IMG/VR virus record: IMGVR_UViG_3300033153_006968
Coordinates: 1 to 64,000 of that record
Length of the DNA stretch: 64,000 bases
Direction: 5' to 3' (one strand)
Origin: a virus
Shown here: piece after piece, positions 57,401-64,000 of the stretch
Layout of the letters: every line of letters starts with the position of its first letter
How positions within the stretch are numbered: the stretch's first letter is position 1
Notes under the pieces: generated by a model
Told to the model about the DNA's origin: nothing
The model's input: the letters and a program-made list of their open reading frames with translations, nothing else
Database searches by the model: none
Made by a program: the position numbers and the translations under genes

Positions 57401-58286
57401 CTCCAGTTGTTGTATATTTAACGCCCGACATAAAATATTCGAATGAAGTAGATGTTGGCTGTATAGACAAAGTCCTGTCTGGGCTGCTGTCTGTCCAGGT
57501 AAGTGTACTAGTTGTTCTAGTCACAAATCCATTCTGACCCCAGTCATCACGGAGAGTATACTGTGTATGATCGTCGTCTGATAGACCGGTCAAACAACCA
57601 TGATCGGGAGCAATCAATATCCTGCATAGAATAACGCCATTCTCTTGATGAGAATATAAAACAATACCTAGAAAGATATGAGCATTAGGAAGACCCGGAG
57701 CAACATTTGTAAGCCCTCCATCAACGGTCGACAAATAAAGACAATCTCCTTCAGAATAAGAGTCGGTGTCCAAATCTCTAATTAATCCAAAAGTTGTAAC
57801 ATATCCAGTTGCATTATCTGCAATATCTGAAGTTACAATGCCGATTGTAGATTCGCAAACTCCGACATTAGACGCATTAGCTTTAGCTATAGTAGGCCTA
57901 TTCCCTTGAGCGCCATCAACATACACTACACTCCCATTTGGAATAGTGCCTCCAGTTTTGTTCGTGGCTCTTAAAACCTGTTCTTGTCCAACCTGGATTA
58001 CAGTTTCGGATACTTCGGTACCTATATTTAATGTCTTGTCGTCGTCATTCCAACACAGAGAGCCTTCTGAATGGGTATGGGAAAAAGATGTATTGAATTG
58101 GATAGAGCCTACATTACTGAAGCTTCCATTGTCGTCAACAAGGATAGGAGAACTTTGGATTATGTCTCCATTAGTTCCGTTGAAGCGGACTAATGCATTA
58201 TCGGCTGAACTAGATGGACCAAAAACAACTTGAAAGGCCCCTAATTTTATATGTTCTATTTTGTGTTGTTCGAGTTTGGAAGGCAT
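54402..58286 (-). CDS. Large mosaic fibre protein (neck/head appendage?) with C-terminal C1q/BclA-like domain
   Basis: GPSSSADNALVRFNG; three DHGxLxGLxxDDHxQY motifs; duplicated segments; LTVTYAGKYLVTFDISY...LAAGQTIQV jelly-roll end. Confidence 0.7.
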   Translation of the reverse strand: MPSKLEQHKIEHIKLGAFQVVFGPSSSADNALVRFNGTNGDIIQSSPILVDDNGSFSNVGSIQFNTSFSHTHSEGSLCWNDDDKTLNIGTEVSETVIQVGQEQVLRATNKTGGTIPNGSVVYVDGAQGNRPTIAKANASNVGVCESTIGIVTSDIADNATGYVTTFGLIRDLDTDSYSEGDCLYLSTVDGGLTNVAPGLPNAHIFLGIVLYSHQENGVILCRILIAPDHGCLTGLSDDDHTQYTLRDDWGQNGFVTRTTSTLTWTDSSPDRTLSIQPTSTSFEYFMSGVKYTTTGDTVQITDVEGIHVIYYDGSTLTALANPTTSDYSTVIRTKCLVCILYWDTSTSTAIYVGEERHGNSMSPNTHNYLHFVQGLAYLFGLGLNTVNVDGTGVTADAQFGVDTGSVSDEDIYSSIAAVSSTTGLPIYYMLGASAEWQRHTETGFSVRTYDGTSATRLAWNEYTGGAWQLTEVASTRYVLYHVFATTEKDKPMIAIMGQVDYLTKLAARTGAKTEIQSLVLGDLLFPEIRPIATVIFQTNVSYDSAVNARIVSTEEGDDYVDWRNEAVSRVALSTADHGDLTGLGGDDHLQYSLVDGTRAFTGGVGVVGSADEVQLTITGNSSQSADLFVIEKSDSEDVLNIDSDGDTTFTKKKSGEDFDVKFFRNTGTNSGKGVNLLFQDNSATGAIKFKSNGFVQNVNDIDFYNHNYLNLRLPHYGGLEAWRPHLNSSVGYVFTIPDQSLSIGGPVRPIESGFRVGTLTLDGTSPTTVTTASSFYVDAAPASGVKMTIDDSWAFYLAGGDAYFGGNLLLNDESLLRFGGDTAYYPALTGGNEDLYCKLADSGALTDFHAEDLVASGDMYSTGGIQVGTGNETAGTIQWDGSNFQGYTGADWVDLDSAGEGSSDHGELDGLADDDHSQYLLIDGTRAMTGKLLAHDGLAVQDGGYAQFRGDLYTGSFIRSQGQYKLELAFGGARVAFVSDYWGFGYMSLGGIRLTNFSFALNLGDAATTSHSLAAGNVICGNALEVDGMLYADRKVAITGSADEVQLTITGNSSQNADLFAIEKSDGEDIFNVDSGGNVVVYDESLLRFGGDTAYYSALAGGNEDLYCKLADDSALTDFHAEDIVASGDMYSAGATHAGDVLYTGAGAGVPYGYCYGDHIGWTQASAVQNTWYNVVDADMISGSLNLVTHDGNGLLTVTYAGKYLVTFDISYEVDAANDHIEFGIEIDGAAPAADSPHCHTTSKFVNQEQASTGTGIMALAAGQTIQVAMRTIDVGTPDFTVDNVRLTCSMVGG
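54892..55855 (-). repeat. Intragenic direct repeat of 151 bp (54892-55042 and 55705-55855)
   Basis: Manual alignment gives 15 mismatches in 151 nt, no indels. Confidence 0.9.
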
Positions 58287-59029
58287 TAGATAGAGAGAAT
58301 AATCTTTTTACCTTGAACTTCTATCACCTTAGCAATGTCTTCATTTACGGTTATACCAGCAGAAGGATGATCTGTAGCGACATATCCTTTGATGTTGATA
58401 GAATCGTTCGTTGCGGTAATTGAAGAGATCTCTTTGTTGAATTCAATCTCGATAGTAGATAAATCTAATTCCTGTTCTACTGCGTCATTCACAGGAGACG
58501 TACTCTCTACTTCAAGTGGAGTTTGAACAGAAAGAACAGAGGTCTGATAAGTCAGAGGAACGAGAACAGAAGTAGAAGCTGTAGCTGGTAGAGCTTCAAT
58601 AGAGCCAGAACCAGAAGTCCAGCTAAAGGTAATATGTCCTGTATAACTATTGGCAGCAGGATCTTGTGCTTCAGGTAAATGAGCTGTATACTCCGTAAGC
58701 GCAGCCATTGGGTGAGTCGGAGTAAATGTCATTTTTGTTCGACTGCCAGAAAGAGTTTCATACGAAAATAAGCCAGAAACTATGCCCTGATAACCAGGGG
58801 ATGCAAGGAGATCGTCACCTTGAGATACGTTGTCTGGATAGAGGTTCCATTCTGCTACGCCTGGACCTATAAATTGATCTGTGTCTGGACCAGAAATAAA
58901 GAATTCCCTAGAAAGAGAATCTTCGTCCATTAACCTGTCAAAAGTTATTGTGACCGTTGATGAAAGCGGAATGCTCGCAGAGCCTGCTGCTGGACTATAG
59001 TCTTGAATTATCGATTTTAAGTCTGCCAT
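58286..59029 (-). CDS. Tandem Ig-like (Big_5-type) domain protein
   Basis: SPAAGS...VTITFDRLMD...MTFTP..PM..LTEYT; second STSPVNDA...IEIEFNKEI. Confidence 0.75.
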   Translation of the reverse strand: MADLKSIIQDYSPAAGSASIPLSSTVTITFDRLMDEDSLSREFFISGPDTDQFIGPGVAEWNLYPDNVSQGDDLLASPGYQGIVSGLFSYETLSGSRTKMTFTPTHPMAALTEYTAHLPEAQDPAANSYTGHITFSWTSGSGSIEALPATASTSVLVPLTYQTSVLSVQTPLEVESTSPVNDAVEQELDLSTIEIEFNKEISSITATNDSINIKGYVATDHPSAGITVNEDIAKVIEVQGKKIILSI

Positions 59030-59676
59030 TAGCTGCTATCGGGTTCTTCTCCCATATGGATAATTATCTCATGTTCTTCACTTTCTTCTATGTCTGTAAT
59101 ATTGTCTAAATACGCCTTCTCTACGCCTTTATAGAGCTGATGTTTCAGATAATTACCGTTAGGATTCCCGACCACTGTATTTATATTCTTCGCAACGCTT
59201 TCTTCTTGTCTTTTTATGAGTTTGTTTTTAAATTCTTTTACCAAATTAAGAATAGTCTTCCTATTTTTTTCGTTCTGTTCAAGATTGTATACCATGTTAA
59301 GACTTTCTAGATTAAGCTGAGGTAAACTCTTTTTCACTGTTGCAACATTATTAGAAAGTAATCCCTTTATTTTCTTAGCCTTCTCAACTAATTCGACTGC
59401 TTGTTTGTCTCCTTTCAAAACTGAAGGAATATCAACTGAAGAATCCTTTTCAAGAACAATTGTCTTTTTAGGGAAAAGGACATTTTCTAATTCTTCGATA
59501 TTCTCTACATTTAGAATACCGTTAGCTATATTAAGCCAAAGAGTTTCTAGATGTGTTCTCGTAAGATTAGAAAGGTCAACATTGAGCCACTCGTTATTCT
59601 CAAACGAAAGATGGAGACTCGTCTCCTGAAGAGCCCACATAGGGTTACGATTAGTGTCCTTAATTTTAATCTGCAT
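59029..59676 (-). CDS. Hypothetical protein (Lys-rich helical C-terminal half)
   Basis: ORF with GAGGAG RBS; EQNEKNRKTIL helix motif. Confidence 0.6.
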   Translation of the reverse strand: MQIKIKDTNRNPMWALQETSLHLSFENNEWLNVDLSNLTRTHLETLWLNIANGILNVENIEELENVLFPKKTIVLEKDSSVDIPSVLKGDKQAVELVEKAKKIKGLLSNNVATVKKSLPQLNLESLNMVYNLEQNEKNRKTILNLVKEFKNKLIKRQEESVAKNINTVVGNPNGNYLKHQLYKGVEKAYLDNITDIEESEEHEIIIHMGEEPDSS

Positions 59677-59707
59677 TTATTCTCCTCTTACAAAGAGTAT
59701 ATAAGAA

Positions 59708-61168
59708 TTAACTCTTCAATCCAAGGAATTTCCCAACTGTTAGCAATTTTTTCTTCATAAATGCGCCGAAAGATCCAGGCGACAAGTGAGCGTCAATTTG
59801 TTCATCCCATACTGCGTCTGCAATCTGAGATACTCCCTGTATTAGATTGTCAGAGTTTACTGTTGCTCCAGGGCCACTATTGTCTGTAAGCTTTGCTATT
59901 CCTCTAACTATGATAGTTCCAGAAGTAACAGTAGAATCTATTATAAGATGTCCAGAAGACATATCGATCGAGATAAAGTCACCAGGACCAGAATAGTTAA
60001 TAATTTTCAAAGATCCACTAAAATCTCTGACAACCAAGTCTTGGCCAGATCCGCCAAGATCTATTATCGGAGCTAGTAATTCATTCTGAGCCAGACTAGA
60101 AAAGCATTGCATCAACATTGCTTGTACGCCGCCACCAAGAACTATAGTGCCGTGTATCGCTGTTTGCCACACATAGCCACTATAATATGACAAACTCATA
60201 ATTTGACTCTGTCTAATTACGGCATTAGAGTCAAGAGTTCCAGTTAGGGTACAGTTCCTGAATTCGCAACGATCTACGATAGCAGAATTCGCCACAGTTA
60301 TAGTGACAGAGGCAGGAGAGGTAGCGTCAAAAACAAACCCGTCGCTAAAATCGCCTACATCTACTGTCATAGACTCCATAATACAAAACATACCGAGTCC
60401 ACGTTCTTCTGCTATAGATTTAGCGTCAATCATATTATCGCAAGGCGATACTTTTGTGCCAATTGGGAAAGCTGTTCCAGAAGAACCTGTAGAAGGTTTA
60501 ATGGATACACAGCCATCAAAAGACGAATGTTCCAACTGTGTAACGTTTTGCAGAGTAGCTGAAGACGAAGAGGTTCTAACTATCTGAGTAAAAACAGTAG
60601 GAAAAATAGCGTCGGCTGAACCCCCTTGAGTGTCAACTCCAGTCAAGTTACCTCCAGCAATCTCACATTGAACTGTAGCGAATATGGAATAATCGTCCCC
60701 TATTCCCCAATCATTATTTACTCCATTCTCTAGATCGGTATGAGTAACATAGTTTTCTCCCGAAGGGGCAGACACTACAGTAGCGAACGAATGATCGTCC
60801 CAATTAATTACAGAGTCTCCTCTGTTAACTCCACTGGCTGTAAAATCTACTCCCGCCGCGCCAGTAAGGGTTGTTCCGTAGATATCATCTGCGTCTGCTA
60901 AACCGTCAGCTATATGAGTAGTACGAGCTTCAAAAGAAACCTGAGCATCTTGAAGAGAGGCAGTGATTCCAACTGTGACTCCTCCGCCTAAGTCTTCTTT
61001 TCCTGCAGCGTTAACTAAATGAGGGTTGTCGATGTTGATGAGTTCGTCTTCGTTGTCTCGGCAAGTGTCAACTAGATCTTGTATAGAAAATTCAGTAGAT
61101 GGAGCATCTACCTCGATGATTCGTGGACTTGTTGTCCAGTCTATTGTAACATCATTACGAATAGCCAT
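59708..61168 (-). CDS. Virion structural protein with probable beta-helix
   Basis: N-terminus paralogous to 61382-63820; beta-rich middle; IADAVWDE motif near C-terminus. Confidence 0.55.
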   Translation of the reverse strand: MAIRNDVTIDWTTSPRIIEVDAPSTEFSIQDLVDTCRDNEDELINIDNPHLVNAAGKEDLGGGVTVGITASLQDAQVSFEARTTHIADGLADADDIYGTTLTGAAGVDFTASGVNRGDSVINWDDHSFATVVSAPSGENYVTHTDLENGVNNDWGIGDDYSIFATVQCEIAGGNLTGVDTQGGSADAIFPTVFTQIVRTSSSSATLQNVTQLEHSSFDGCVSIKPSTGSSGTAFPIGTKVSPCDNMIDAKSIAEERGLGMFCIMESMTVDVGDFSDGFVFDATSPASVTITVANSAIVDRCEFRNCTLTGTLDSNAVIRQSQIMSLSYYSGYVWQTAIHGTIVLGGGVQAMLMQCFSSLAQNELLAPIIDLGGSGQDLVVRDFSGSLKIINYSGPGDFISIDMSSGHLIIDSTVTSGTIIVRGIAKLTDNSGPGATVNSDNLIQGVSQIADAVWDEQIDAHLSPGSFGAFMKKKLLTVGKFLGLKS

Positions 61169-61176
61169 ATATAATG

Positions 61177-61205
61177 ATTTTACAACATTAATCTAAATAG
61201 TACAA
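61177..61205 (-). promoter_or_regulatory. Sigma70-type promoter TTGTAC-17bp-TAAAAT, 8 nt before ATG 61168
   Basis: Exact 17-bp spacer; no Shine-Dalgarno before the ATG. Confidence 0.5.
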
Positions 61206-61212
61206 ATACTAA

Positions 61213-61374
61213 CTATTCTTTTTGTTGAAGTTCGGCTTCTGCTAGAAACATCTGAAGCTGAGCTTTCTCCTTTATTTTCTTCTCGATTTCAGTCTGGAAA
61301 AGAATAATCTCCTTATCACACCTCTCTATATCTGCTCTCAGAGCACTTGGATCATATTGTATTTTTCTCACCAT
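61213..61374 (-). CDS. 53-aa coiled-coil protein (not in ORF track)
   Basis: MVRKIQYDPSALRADIERCDKEIILFQTEIEKKIKEKAQLQMFLAEAELQQKE*; GGAG upstream; fills the gap between flanking genes. Confidence 0.65.
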   Translation of the reverse strand: MVRKIQYDPSALRADIERCDKEIILFQTEIEKKIKEKAQLQMFLAEAELQQKE

Positions 61375-61381
61375 GTCTCCA

Positions 61382-63820
61382 TTAAGTCACAATACCATCG
61401 GTAGTTCGAATAGCGGCAACACTCAAGCCAGTATTGTTCACGGTACCAGAAGTTTCAAATGGTAAGATACCTTTCTTTCTCACTCGGATTAAGACAGTTC
61501 TGTTACTTAGGTAAAGGATACTTTGTTCAACGGATGTACCTCCAGCTTCTTCGTCAATGAATGGGACATATGCATCATCGGCATCGTCATAATTCGCAAC
61601 AAGAACTGGACTTATTCCGCTGAAGATCTTCCCAGACCATGAGGTAAATATATATCTTTGTTCAGATCCATCATCGTTGTTAATAACTCTTAGAATTCCA
61701 GCAGCAGGAGTATCTTGAGCAATATTCTCTACAACTTCAAAAGTACTGAGACCTGATGTGTTGTTAGTATTATGGCTCTGGTATTGGGCCTTATTAATTG
61801 CACCCGCAGCTGTTAAGAAAACACCAACTCTATCACCAGTTATCAAAGAAGAAACCGTAACAGTAACAGAGATCGGCGGAGTCTGTGTAGCTCCAGCCGC
61901 ATCAATTAATTGATAACTTTGACCAGAAGCCATGCCGGAAACCCAAACACTTTGAGCACCGAAGAATTTACCACCAGCGAATGTCCCAAATGGAGCTGAT
62001 TTAACAGGAGTATATCCTGTAAACGCCTGAATATATTCTTCGCCATCCAGTTCTGTAATCACTCCGTCAATAACTGTATACATAGCAAAATCAGAATCTT
62101 CTCTACAGACGAACTTCAGGTATTGATATACTTGCGCTAGGGTTCTTCCAGCCTCATAGATATCGCCACCCTGTATAATCACGTCATAGGATTTATCAGA
62201 TTGCTGTTCAAATGCTTTTAACATAGTATGAGAAGACTGAAGAGCCTGATCGGGAGTTGCGGTTGCACTAGACAGCTGTCCAGAAACCTCATTCCCACTC
62301 AAGTCAGTGCTAGTACAATTGCCCAATGTTAGAACACTAGATGAGTCTTTTAGAACAATTGCAGTTTGAGCCTGTCCATCATCCCATGTAACCTGTTCTC
62401 CTACGGTAAATGTACCGCTAGTACCACCTGTAGTTACTGTCCCATTTACGAATGCAACAGTTATGTCGCTAAACCCCGATACAGCAGTAATACTATCGGC
62501 ATCAAGAGTAACGTCTCCATCAGTAGCCCCTGTCGCATTTTCGTCATCGTCAAAAGTTGTGTAATAAGCTTCTCTAGCAGTCCCAGTAACAGTTTCGTCC
62601 ACTTGACAAACTGCCTTATCGTTAGCTCCATCAACTCCTCTAAGTAATCTCTTAGCGCCAGAAGTAAGGCCAGTAATAATTTGCCCTAATGTGCTAAAGT
62701 CGGATGCCTCAGCGTCCCAAGAAAGAAGAGTATCTCCAAGAGTCCCGTTCGTAATTCCGGTTGCACCAGAAGTTCCACCAGAAAAACTCTCGTCATCCGA
62801 AAGAGTTCCTTTCACTCCGCTAATTCCAAGTAGTCCAACACCAGAAGAATATTCTACAAAAGATATAACTTCAGCACTCCAAGTACCATTGGTCTCAGAA
62901 ATAATTTCTCCTGTTGAGAAATCAGTACCGACCCCGCCGTCATACAAAAGATAATAGTCGGCCGTAGTATGATCTAAGTCTGTAGCTGTACCTAACGGTA
63001 CGGCGTTACGCCCACCTTCGCCAAGATCGATTTCGAAATGGTCAAAGCTATCACTTTCTTGTCTTGCGAAAACAGTCACATATCCCTTTGGTTCACCAAG
63101 TTCGTAACCAGCTTCTTTAATCTTAAGTAAAACGTCAATATGACCACGATTCCAATTGTCTAAATTACTCCATTCGTCAAGGACTATACCTCCTTGGAAA
63201 ATATAAGCTTGGGGAGACGGATCGGACGAAATTGTACCAAGAGTATATACGTTAGTATAAAGTTCCTCTCCGCTCAAAGAACCGCCAGCATCTATTAAGT
63301 TTCCAGCTCCACTACCTGCACCATCGGTAACATCAAGAGCAGTTCCGACATCTGTAAATTCGTCAGACGCATCACCGTTATCAACCCGGATCCACCAGTA
63401 TCTCTTTGTATTGTCGTAAGATAGTAACGTTCCGGTATCTGTAGGAGAACCACCAGAGTACCCAATTTCCTCTCCTAAGTCTCCAGAGCCAGCCCAAACA
63501 TAACCGCCAGCTTCAAGTTTCAGGAGTCGAACACCATCGTCGTAACCACTAACACTATATCCATCAGTTTTAATAGCTCCGCCACTAAGGTATTTATGAG
63601 CATAAGATAATTCGCCAGGATCTAGGAACCATCCATTAATCATGGTGTAAGCAGTAGGAGTTTGAGCGCTCATAGGCTCAGGATTGTCCATCTGAGCTAA
63701 TTCGTCAAAAACGTCCTGTAACCAGGAATATAATTCGTTGACATCGTAAACGGTTGTGCCGTATTGATGATAAACTCGTCTATTTACTGTATCGATACCA
63801 AAATCTGCTCCAATAGGCAT
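61382..63820 (-). CDS. Acidic Gly/Ser/Thr-rich virion structural protein
   Basis: GGAGG RBS; repeated F..GE.I/V...TSGA segments; C-terminal VRKKGILPFETSG module. Confidence 0.65.
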   Translation of the reverse strand: MPIGADFGIDTVNRRVYHQYGTTVYDVNELYSWLQDVFDELAQMDNPEPMSAQTPTAYTMINGWFLDPGELSYAHKYLSGGAIKTDGYSVSGYDDGVRLLKLEAGGYVWAGSGDLGEEIGYSGGSPTDTGTLLSYDNTKRYWWIRVDNGDASDEFTDVGTALDVTDGAGSGAGNLIDAGGSLSGEELYTNVYTLGTISSDPSPQAYIFQGGIVLDEWSNLDNWNRGHIDVLLKIKEAGYELGEPKGYVTVFARQESDSFDHFEIDLGEGGRNAVPLGTATDLDHTTADYYLLYDGGVGTDFSTGEIISETNGTWSAEVISFVEYSSGVGLLGISGVKGTLSDDESFSGGTSGATGITNGTLGDTLLSWDAEASDFSTLGQIITGLTSGAKRLLRGVDGANDKAVCQVDETVTGTAREAYYTTFDDDENATGATDGDVTLDADSITAVSGFSDITVAFVNGTVTTGGTSGTFTVGEQVTWDDGQAQTAIVLKDSSSVLTLGNCTSTDLSGNEVSGQLSSATATPDQALQSSHTMLKAFEQQSDKSYDVIIQGGDIYEAGRTLAQVYQYLKFVCREDSDFAMYTVIDGVITELDGEEYIQAFTGYTPVKSAPFGTFAGGKFFGAQSVWVSGMASGQSYQLIDAAGATQTPPISVTVTVSSLITGDRVGVFLTAAGAINKAQYQSHNTNNTSGLSTFEVVENIAQDTPAAGILRVINNDDGSEQRYIFTSWSGKIFSGISPVLVANYDDADDAYVPFIDEEAGGTSVEQSILYLSNRTVLIRVRKKGILPFETSGTVNNTGLSVAAIRTTDGIVT

Positions 63821-63849
63821 TCAATTTCCTCCAGATATACTGATAATCT

Positions 63850-63877
63850 ATTATACCTTGTCACGCTATGGTGTAAA
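63850..63877 (-). promoter_or_regulatory. Candidate promoter TTTACA-16bp-TATAAT
   Basis: Consensus -10 upstream of the GGAGG RBS of the gene starting at 63820. Confidence 0.45.
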
Positions 63878-64000
63878 GTTTGGATCTGCAATCCATACAG
63901 CTGTAACTGTAAGACCATTTGAGTCAACTATACCGGTAGTCGAAAAAGGTAAATAGCCCTTATATCTAGCTCTTACAATTGCAGGTTGAGGGGTTCCAGT
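63866..64000 (-). CDS. C-terminal end of a structural protein continuing beyond the window
   Basis: TGTPQPAIVRARYKGYLPFSTTGIVDSNGLTVTAVWIADPNFTP*, similar to the C-terminus of 61382-63820. Confidence 0.7.
   Translation of the reverse strand, partial: TGTPQPAIVRARYKGYLPFSTTGIVDSNGLTVTAVWIADPNFTP

Noticed and set aside
123-62954. Short plus-strand ORFs and nested minus-strand ORFs in the track
   Set aside because: They overlap long motif-bearing minus-strand genes and have no recognisable motifs; treated as shadow ORFs
1-64000. Alternative genetic code (TAG reassigned), prompted by TAG-ATG junctions at 27268/27269 and 38081/38082 and the TAG at 14888
   Set aside because: Coding density is already near complete in code 11; reading through TAG 14888 stays in a frame that does not join the downstream ORF
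1-64000. Apparent excess of CGCGC/GCGCG motifs as a Chi-like signal
   Set aside because: A rough count is close to what base composition predicts, with no clear positional pattern

Overview
The whole window is one densely packed, minus-strand late/morphogenesis region of a large tailed bacteriophage with a contractile tail (myovirus type). Read in transcription order (right to left) it encodes head-proximal fibre/Ig-like proteins, neck and tail-completion proteins, tail sheath, three tail-tube paralogues, two tail-assembly chaperones, two giant tape-measure-like proteins, a baseplate hub carrying an M23 peptidase, spike and wedge proteins, large beta-propeller/Ig/LamG/FN3 appendage proteins, a free-standing HNH endonuclease, an actin-like ATPase module, and five glycosyltransferases plus a methyltransferase. 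No capsid, portal or terminase gene is recognisable here. Main discovery: the 1423-aa protein at the tape-measure locus (38082-42353) carries, in correct order, motifs of both catalytic barrels of a cellular-type (two-barrel) RNA polymerase, including a DFDAD metal-binding motif, so it looks like a single-chain virion RNA polymerase delivered through the tail. Other notable signals: strong Ser-Gly dipeptide enrichment in outer virion proteins next to a glycosyltransferase cluster (possible virion O-glycosylation system); an HNH insertion that replaced the C-terminus of its host gene and left the old one behind; a duplication-based rather than frameshift-based G/GT chaperone pair; and a frameshifted structural gene. 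All functional calls are by-eye motif recognition; no database searches were run.
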